Below are positions 47,553 through 53,839 of a stretch of DNA of 53,839 bases, in pieces. This DNA is from an uncultured Hyphomonadaceae bacterium (GTDB lineage Bacteria; Pseudomonadota; Alphaproteobacteria; Caulobacterales; Hyphomonadaceae). Within the stretch, counting starts at the first letter, position 1; each line of letters opens with the position of its first letter. The notes below the pieces were generated by a model. That model saw nothing but the letters and a program-made list of their open reading frames with translations. It searched no databases and had not been told where the DNA came from. Where the stretch lies: contig CALLUH010000045.1 of assembly GCA_938011445.1 (NCBI GenBank), positions 1 through 53,839 on the forward strand. Direction: 5' to 3'. Position numbers and translations under genes: made by a program.

Positions 47553-48344
47553 ATGAATTTGTCAGGAGAAGGTCTGGCGTCCATTGCGCTGCGGGCAGGC
47601 GCTTTGATTATGGACGTGTACAAGACCGATTTCGATGTGGTCTCCAAGGATGATGCGTCCCCCGTGACAGAAGCCGATCAAAAGGCGGAGCTCTTGATCC
47701 TGGAAGCGCTTGGTCAGATGGCACCAGATATACCGGTCCTCGCAGAAGAAGCCGTTGCAGCTGGGCATATTCCCGAGATTGCGGACCGCTTCTTTCTCGT
47801 TGACCCGCTTGATGGAACAAAGGAGTTTATCAATAAACGCGGCGAGTTTACCGTCAATATTGCGCTGATCGAGCATGGTCGGCCCGTCATGGGGGTTGTC
47901 TATGCGCCAGCGCTTGATCGGCTTTTTGTCGCAGACAGCATATCTTCGGCATGGCAAGCGATCGCGCGGCCCGGCGCGCAGGTGCCCCCTGATTCAGAGC
48001 GGCGGCCAATGAAGATCAGACATGCATCGGGCGGTGTAACGGCGATTGCCTCAAAATCCCACCGAACGCCGGAGACTGACGCATTTCTGGAGAATTTCGA
48101 TATTGCAGAGTTTATCTCGGCTGGGTCTTCGCTCAAATTTTGTCTGATCGCCGCCGGAGAGGCAGACCTATATCCGCGTATGGGACGAACAATGGAATGG
48201 GATACCGGTGCAGGTCAGGCCGTTGTCGAGGCAGCCGGCGGCCGTGTTTTGCAAGAAGATGGCCAACCACTGCTTTATGGCAAGACCGAGCGTGGCTATG
48301 ACAACCCGCATTTCATCGTCTATGGCGATGTTACACCGCTCTGA
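47553..48344 (+). CDS. cysQ: 3'(2'),5'-bisphosphate nucleotidase
   Basis: Inositol-monophosphatase-fold motifs SPVTEAD, FLVDPLDGTKEF, WDTGAGQAVVEAAGG. Confidence 0.88.
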   Translation: MNLSGEGLASIALRAGALIMDVYKTDFDVVSKDDASPVTEADQKAELLILEALGQMAPDIPVLAEEAVAAGHIPEIADRFFLVDPLDGTKEFINKRGEFTVNIALIEHGRPVMGVVYAPALDRLFVADSISSAWQAIARPGAQVPPDSERRPMKIRHASGGVTAIASKSHRTPETDAFLENFDIAEFISAGSSLKFCLIAAGEADLYPRMGRTMEWDTGAGQAVVEAAGGRVLQEDGQPLLYGKTERGYDNPHFIVYGDVTPL

Positions 48345-48682
48345 CCAGTCGCCCCCTTTTCGTTCCATCAGGCCGCAAGCGTATCGGTCTTATGCACAGG
48401 GTTGCCTAAATCCGAGGGGAATTTTTCGCTTGGAACAGGAATAGGCAAGGCATAGCTTTCGCCCGTCACGTGAGTTCGGTCCAATGAGGCGAGAATTGCG
48501 TCCGGCATGTCTTCATCAATTACAATTTATAGCAGCAAGTACAACCAGACGCTGCCCTGAATGTGCAAAGCCGAAGCATCTGCCAGGCCGCCTATTTTCG
48601 CTCCGGTTTCTCAGGATTAAACCGAATGACGAAGATATTGGAGCCCATATTCCTGAAGCCATAACAAATCTGGCAATCGGGA

Positions 48683-51121
48683 TTAAAACTGGCGGATCAG
48701 CCGAGCCCGAACCGCTGTTTGACCTTGCCCTAGCCCGGAGACGCTTCGGCCCGCATTCAGTTGCAGAACCAGATTTCGGAAGCCATTAAACGTATAGCCC
48801 GCCTCCACGTCTAGTGGCCGTCCCCCGGCTGCGAACGCGCTTGTGACATTGGTAAACTGCGCCTGTTCGGCTTGCTGATCGAAGCTCGTTGGCAAGGAAA
48901 GGGTGACATCTCCACTGCGGATTTGTAGCGGCTGGGAGAGAGAAAGGTTCAAGCTGTCATATTTGTTAAATAGTCCGGCTTGTTCCAGCCCGACCGAGAA
49001 CTGGGTGCTACGAAGTGCGCTCGAACCAACGAAAAAACTATCCCCCGCTCCGCCGCGGATATTGGTAAACCCGGTGGAGAAACGACCCGTGAGCGACAAC
49101 GTGTCAGTGAGCGATAGATAGCCTGATATCGCACTATAAACGGTTCGTGACCCCCCGTTTCCAAACAGGTTGGACGATAGCGAAGTGCCCAGAAAACTTT
49201 CCTGCTCCGTTTGGACACCGGTTTCAAGGCGAAGCGCGCCACCTGGAATATCGTGCGTAAGGCCCACCCGAACGGTCGTCGTGCTCGGGGCGTCGCTTTG
49301 TTCCACTTGCTCAAAAGCAATATTGCTTTGGCTCAGCCCTCGGTCAGCCCTTGCATGGTTTACGAACACATCGAGCTTGGTCCCCGCAGGGCCAGGCAAA
49401 TCGAGGCCGGCGGTAACAGCGTCGGTGGTGTCAGACAAATAGGCATCGGTAAACGCCGAACGGCTAAGCGCCGATTGTGTAAACTGGTGCCGTTCTGCCT
49501 GATCTACTTCGCGGCCAGAAAACCCGGTCGCCAGTGTCAGATTCCTGTCAAAAGCGATGGACTGCCTGAACGATAGAGCGAGCTTTCTCTGCCCTGCTTC
49601 AAAGGCGTCTTCACTCCGGAAGTCTCCCAGCAAGTGCGCAAATTGCAGATCCGTGCCTGCCGATCTCTCCAGCAGCCGCAAGGTAAGCGATGAACCCGGC
49701 ACCGGGGCCCTTGTTCTGGAAGTTTGAACGCGCCGCAAAGGATCAAAACCGTTTTGCAGACTAAAGCTATCGGTTGGGGCTGCGTCCACCAGCGAGTTGA
49801 GATCAATGCTGAAATTGCGCCCAAACCGGTCAAGACTGACAATCGGGCCAATATTGGCAAACCCGCTACCGGCCGCGCTCGGCAAGCTGGAAACAAGCGC
49901 AGATACTGGCGTTGACGCGCCCGACGCGCTGGCGACCGTCAGTTGCCCGCTAGGCTCAAGGGCGGCTTCCACATTCAGCAATCCCCGGCCAAACACAGCA
50001 TCAGTGCCAGGTGCGCCGAGATCAGTTGCCGAATCGAGAATAATCTCAACCGTCTCTGAAGCGGACAATTGTGGCCACAATGCACGAATTAATCCCACCG
50101 CGCCGGCAACATGGGGTGTTGAGGCACTGGTTCCGCTAAAGGGGCGGGTGCTACCTGTGATGGCGGGGGTTGAAATGCGAACGCCCGGGGCCACAATGAA
50201 AAACTCTGCCGCGTTCCCGGCTGTGTTCGTGAAGCTTGCAATATTATTGTTAAAGTCAACGCTGCCCACAACGATCGCGGTTCCTGCAACGCCAGAATCG
50301 GTTACAGCCTGTCCGGACTGTTGGGGATTAACGTCCCCCTCATTGCCGGCAGCCAACACGGTAACAACATTGTTATTGCCTGCGAAGGTGACCAAATTGG
50401 CAAAATCTGCCCGCGCGCTGTCCTCATCCGACCCGAGCGATAGATTGATAACATCAGCTTGCGCGGCGACGGACCGGCGAAACCCTTCGGCAATTGATCC
50501 TCCCAGAATGGTGAGCGCCTCATCATCCTCATCTGTATCCGGATCGTCATCGAGGTTTCCCCGAAAGGCGAGGATCGTCGCTTCTGGGGCAACGCCCGCA
50601 ATACCGGCACCATTTGCTGCTGCCGCTGCAATACCCGCAACAGATGTACCATGACCTTGGCTATCTTGCAGATCGGCCACCGTCCGAGCATTCGGATCAT
50701 TTGTGAACGGAGCGACACCAATATCTGCGCTGGCTGGGTCGATACGCCCCGCAAATTCCGGATTGTTAACATCAATGCCGGTGTCGATGATCGCGATCAG
50801 GGCACCATTGCCGAGTATATCTGCATCAAATGCAGCGGTCGCATTGATTTGCGACAATCCCGGTTGAGAATTGATCTCCCCAGCGCTGACCGCAGGCGCA
50901 TCTGGAGGCGGCGGCGGCGGGGGCGGAGGAGGTGGCGGCGGCGGAGGAGGTGGGGGCGGTGATTGCACGGGCGTCGGTGCCGGAGCAGTTGGATTGCTAG
51001 CACCACCACCACAAGCTGCTATGCTCGATAGGCACAGCAAGCTAACCGTACCTATAATGACGGATTTCGACCTTATCGGAAATAAAACTTTCACAGTAGC
51101 CCTCTGCCTTTCTTGGTACAT
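48683..51121 (-). CDS. lipoprotein subtilisin (S8) autotransporter, NalP/SphB1-like
   Basis: Lipobox LSSIAAC (Cys37) followed by 19 Pro. The catalytic triad contexts are IAIIDTGID, HGTSVAGIAAAA and GTSASTPHVAG. About 300 C-terminal residues have a beta-barrel-like pattern and a terminal Phe (...ARLIRQF). Confidence 0.8.
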   Translation of the reverse strand: MYQERQRATVKVLFPIRSKSVIIGTVSLLCLSSIAACGGGASNPTAPAPTPVQSPPPPPPPPPPPPPPPPPPPDAPAVSAGEINSQPGLSQINATAAFDADILGNGALIAIIDTGIDVNNPEFAGRIDPASADIGVAPFTNDPNARTVADLQDSQGHGTSVAGIAAAAANGAGIAGVAPEATILAFRGNLDDDPDTDEDDEALTILGGSIAEGFRRSVAAQADVINLSLGSDEDSARADFANLVTFAGNNNVVTVLAAGNEGDVNPQQSGQAVTDSGVAGTAIVVGSVDFNNNIASFTNTAGNAAEFFIVAPGVRISTPAITGSTRPFSGTSASTPHVAGAVGLIRALWPQLSASETVEIILDSATDLGAPGTDAVFGRGLLNVEAALEPSGQLTVASASGASTPVSALVSSLPSAAGSGFANIGPIVSLDRFGRNFSIDLNSLVDAAPTDSFSLQNGFDPLRRVQTSRTRAPVPGSSLTLRLLERSAGTDLQFAHLLGDFRSEDAFEAGQRKLALSFRQSIAFDRNLTLATGFSGREVDQAERHQFTQSALSRSAFTDAYLSDTTDAVTAGLDLPGPAGTKLDVFVNHARADRGLSQSNIAFEQVEQSDAPSTTTVRVGLTHDIPGGALRLETGVQTEQESFLGTSLSSNLFGNGGSRTVYSAISGYLSLTDTLSLTGRFSTGFTNIRGGAGDSFFVGSSALRSTQFSVGLEQAGLFNKYDSLNLSLSQPLQIRSGDVTLSLPTSFDQQAEQAQFTNVTSAFAAGGRPLDVEAGYTFNGFRNLVLQLNAGRSVSGLGQGQTAVRARLIRQF
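50903..50959 (-). repeat. 19 consecutive proline codons (CCN) encoding a poly-Pro linker
   Basis: I parsed the DNA codon by codon between the Ser54 codon (50960-50962) and the Asp74 codon (50900-50902). The antisense frame gives a spurious poly-Gly ORF. Confidence 0.9.
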
Positions 51122-51265
51122 TTACCCTTCTCAGGCACGAGAAATAACGGTCTCCGCGCCGCGCTGAGTGTAAGTCCAAGCTTGCTACTGGCAAGTTAAT
51201 ATTACAGGTGAAATCTTCCGCTATCAGACGATTATTGCTATTTATCGCTATATATTACTGCATAT

Positions 51266-52684
51266 TTACTTCACGCCTACGAGTTGCATCTCGAAAATGA
51301 GATCATCGCCGGGCTTGATCAGCCCGCCCGGACGGGGGCTGTTCCCATAAGCTTGGTCTGCGGGGATATAAACGAGCCAACGGTCCCCTGGTCGCATTTT
51401 TTGCAGCGTTGCTGTCCATCCGGGGATAACGCCGGTAACACCAAACTCGATCGACTGGCCACGCGCATAGGCGCTGTCAAATGTCTCGCCCGTCGTCAAC
51501 CGACCCTCATAATAGACTTCTACAGTGTCGCTGGTCGTTGGCATGGCGCCGGATGCATCTCCTGTTTCCAGAACAATATATTCCACCCCGTTCTCGGACT
51601 TGACCACATCAGCGCTCTCGGGGTCCCATGGCGTGTGGGCTTCCCATGCGGCAGCATCGGAAACTTCCGGTATAATCACAGTCATCAGTTCAACCCGCAT
51701 GACCACATTATCCGGAGGCACCCGGCCTGCTGCAGCCGCCTCTTCCCCGAACGCAATTGCCGGGGTCATCTGGAACACGAAATCATCCCCTGGGCGCATC
51801 AATTGTATGGCTTCCTGCCAACCGGGGAACAATTGCGTTACCGGCAGCCGCGCAGGGGCCGGATCGACATAGCTCGATTCAATCCGCCGTCCATCCTCGA
51901 CAAGCCGGATTTCAAACTCCATATCTACAATGTCAGTAGGCGTAACAAGCGCGCCACTCTCATCGCCGCGCGTACGAACAATATATTCGAGCCCGCTCTC
52001 GGTTTTTTCGACTTCGTCCGCATCGCTATTCCAAGGAATATATTCATCCCAAATCTCGCGGCCGGGGGTATCGTCAGCGATGACCTCTTCAAGCGTAACG
52101 CGGAAAACAAGATCAGCGTTCGGCCCGATCGGCCCGCCCGGTGTCCCTTGTTCACCATAAGCCAGCGCCGATGGAATGAAGACAAGCCAATCATCGCCCG
52201 GCCGCATCAATTGCAATGTTTCCGTCCAGCCCGGAATAACCTGGATCACTCCAAATTGTGCAGCCTCGCCACGATCATAGGAGCTGTCAAATTTGGAGCC
52301 ATTTTCGGCCAGTCGGCCATCATAATTCACCGACACACGGTCATTAATGTCCGGACGCGTGCCGTCCTTGTCGCCCGCCTCCAAAACATGGATCTGTAGT
52401 CCGCTCTCGGTGGTTACAAGCCCTTCGCGACTGTTGTCCCAGGGAATCATTCCCGCAAATACATCTGACAAATCTTGTTCCTCTATGGGTTGGTTGGGTG
52501 TGCCGGTGGCGGTTGGAGTCTGGGCCGCGGCGTCGCCCCGCTCTGCGCTTGCGCCGCTTGGCTGATCTTTGAAAGCGGCGTCAATTTCGGCGCGAACAGG
52601 ATCTTCCGGTGGCGATGACGCGTCTGGTGAACAGGCCACCAAAGCGGAGGCCAGAGCAAAGAAAAGTAGGGGATTGCGGATCAT
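51266..52684 (-). CDS. lipoprotein with three tandem FKBP-type peptidyl-prolyl isomerase modules
   Basis: The internal start gives MIRNPLLFFALASALVAC (lipobox LVAC). The three modules are FDSSYDRGEAAQFGVIQVIPGWTE..., IESSYVDPAPARLPVTQLFPGWQE... (degenerate) and FDSAYARGQSIEFGVTGVIPGWTA.... Each is preceded by a ...PW[DN]...SGL[EQ]Y/I... segment. Confidence 0.85.
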   Translation of the reverse strand: MIRNPLLFFALASALVACSPDASSPPEDPVRAEIDAAFKDQPSGASAERGDAAAQTPTATGTPNQPIEEQDLSDVFAGMIPWDNSREGLVTTESGLQIHVLEAGDKDGTRPDINDRVSVNYDGRLAENGSKFDSSYDRGEAAQFGVIQVIPGWTETLQLMRPGDDWLVFIPSALAYGEQGTPGGPIGPNADLVFRVTLEEVIADDTPGREIWDEYIPWNSDADEVEKTESGLEYIVRTRGDESGALVTPTDIVDMEFEIRLVEDGRRIESSYVDPAPARLPVTQLFPGWQEAIQLMRPGDDFVFQMTPAIAFGEEAAAAGRVPPDNVVMRVELMTVIIPEVSDAAAWEAHTPWDPESADVVKSENGVEYIVLETGDASGAMPTTSDTVEVYYEGRLTTGETFDSAYARGQSIEFGVTGVIPGWTATLQKMRPGDRWLVYIPADQAYGNSPRPGGLIKPGDDLIFEMQLVGVK

Positions 52685-52761
52685 CTCATTGGCTCCATTT
52701 GGTGCTTTGGCCAACGCTTTAAGCGCTTTTGGCCGAGATGTCACTTTACAAACTGTGCAAT

Positions 52762-53839
52762 TTACCGATCAAGCGGGCGGGGCGGATAACCAGCCTGTCC
52801 GAGCACATCAATGACCTCTTGAGTATGCTGGGCATCGCGTGTTTCGATCAAAATGTCGAATTCAGCGCCCTTGGCAGGCACATCAAGCGCGATCCGGTTA
52901 TGGGCGACTTCCAGTATATTCGCGCCACTATCGCCGATAATTTTGGACACAAGCCCCAAAAGACCCGGACGATCATCGCCAATAATGCGGATATTCGTCA
53001 TCCGCTTTTCGCGCACCAATGCGCGGGTCAGCACCGACGCCAGAAGCCTTGTGTCGATATTACCGCCACACAGAACAAGCCCGACACGTTTGCCTGAAAA
53101 CTTGGCCGGATGCGCCAGCAGGGCGGCCAGCCCGGCTGCGCCTGCGCCCTCGGCAATGGTTTTCTCGACATCGGCGTAGAGCGTGATCGCCCGCTCCATA
53201 TGATCTTCTTCGACCAGCAATATCTCGTCTACCGTTTCGGCAATAATTTCGCGCGTCAAAGTACCGGCCTTTTTGACAGCAATCCCCTCTGCAATCGTCG
53301 CGCCGCCTTGTGTCGGTTCCGGTGCGCCGTTAATGGCCGCATGCATGCTCGGATACATCGATGCCTGCACACCGATAATGCCAATATCCTTGTTCAGCCC
53401 TCTTGCTGCCGTCGCCATGCCTGAAATCAGCCCGCCCCCGCCAATCGGCACGATTAGCGTATCAAGGTCGGGCATATCTGCCAGCATTTCGAGCGCGATT
53501 GTCCCTTGCCCCGAAATAATGTCAGCATCATCAAACGGATGGATAAACGTCAGCCCGTCCCGCGCGCGCACGGTTGCCGCATGCACTGACGCATCATCAA
53601 ATGTATCACCTTCCAGCAAAACCCGCGCGCCATGGTCGCGCGTATGCTGGACCTTGTTAAACGGTGTTGTCACCGGCATCACAATGGTCGCCGGAATACC
53701 AAGCCGCCTGGCGTGATAGGCCACCCCTTGAGCATGATTGCCCGCCGAGACAGCAATCACCCCCATCTGCTTTTCTTTTTCGGTAAGCTTGGAGAGCTTG
53801 TTTAACGCGCCGCGCTCCTTGAACGCTGCGGTGAACTGC
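52762..53839 (-). CDS. ilvA: threonine ammonia-lyase (threonine dehydratase), 5'-truncated by the window edge
   Basis: The frame stays open upstream of the track's Met to nt 53838 (QFTAAFKERGALNKLSKLTEKEKQ-MGVIAVSAGNHAQG). FKERGA is the PLP-lysine motif. The protein has a GGGGL loop and a C-terminal ACT-like regulatory domain. Confidence 0.9.
   Translation of the reverse strand, partial: QFTAAFKERGALNKLSKLTEKEKQMGVIAVSAGNHAQGVAYHARRLGIPATIVMPVTTPFNKVQHTRDHGARVLLEGDTFDDASVHAATVRARDGLTFIHPFDDADIISGQGTIALEMLADMPDLDTLIVPIGGGGLISGMATAARGLNKDIGIIGVQASMYPSMHAAINGAPEPTQGGATIAEGIAVKKAGTLTREIIAETVDEILLVEEDHMERAITLYADVEKTIAEGAGAAGLAALLAHPAKFSGKRVGLVLCGGNIDTRLLASVLTRALVREKRMTNIRIIGDDRPGLLGLVSKIIGDSGANILEVAHNRIALDVPAKGAEFDILIETRDAQHTQEVIDVLGQAGYPPRPLDR

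Noticed and set aside
47402-47647. 81-aa minus-strand ORF across the manC-cysQ divergent region
   Set aside because: Half of it is antisense to the well-supported cysQ start. The remaining 31-codon piece upstream of manC has no motif or convincing RBS.
48484-48789. 101-aa plus-strand ORF in the cysQ/autotransporter spacer
   Set aside because: It overlaps the 3' end of the autotransporter by about 100 nt. It has no RBS that I could see and no recognisable motif.
50871-51167. 98-aa plus-strand ORF with a poly-Gly run
   Set aside because: The poly-Gly run is simply the antisense reading of the 19 CCN proline codons of the autotransporter.
49797-52399. Plus-strand ORFs 49797..50654 (285 aa) and 51284..52399 (371 aa)
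   Set aside because: They are antisense to the S8 autotransporter and the triple-FKBP gene respectively. They are low-complexity, have no motifs and are fully embedded in better-supported genes.

Overview
This is a 53.8-kb chromosomal window. Both ends carry housekeeping genes in an order typical of Alphaproteobacteria. The left end has a VOC protein, DUF1178-grxC-comF divergent from an NDUFAF5-like methyltransferase, an unannotated flp pilin, mutT-argJ, a parvulin PPIase divergent from secA, glmM and galE-glmS. The right end has cysQ, a lipoprotein subtilisin autotransporter, a triple-FKBP lipoprotein and ilvA, which is cut by the window edge. Between them sit a 1100-aa RTX protein with an N-terminal HEXXH domain and a roughly 31-kb surface-polysaccharide locus (about 16.6-47.3 kb) that looks more AT-rich by eye. 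The locus encodes complete dTDP-L-rhamnose (rmlBACD) and GDP-L-fucose (manC, gmd, fcl) precursor pathways and a Wzm/Wzt ABC exporter. It also encodes at least eight glycosyltransferases, including RgpF-like, dual-GT2 and GT4-WbsX fusion proteins, and two methyltransferases. A GtrB/CsbB-like GT2, a flippase-like membrane protein and a YfhO-like GT-C enzyme look like a periplasmic side-chain decoration module. The least explained elements are three. First, a ~37-aa repeat occurs 16 times in a 1166-aa glycosyltransferase and 3 times in a separate 295-aa protein of the same locus. Second, a DUF2793 phage/GTA tail-fibre-like gene is wedged into the locus. Third, the RTX/HEXXH protein abuts the locus. 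I recognised no rRNA, tRNA, CRISPR array, transposase or integrase. All functional calls rest on motif recognition in the supplied translations; no database search was possible.
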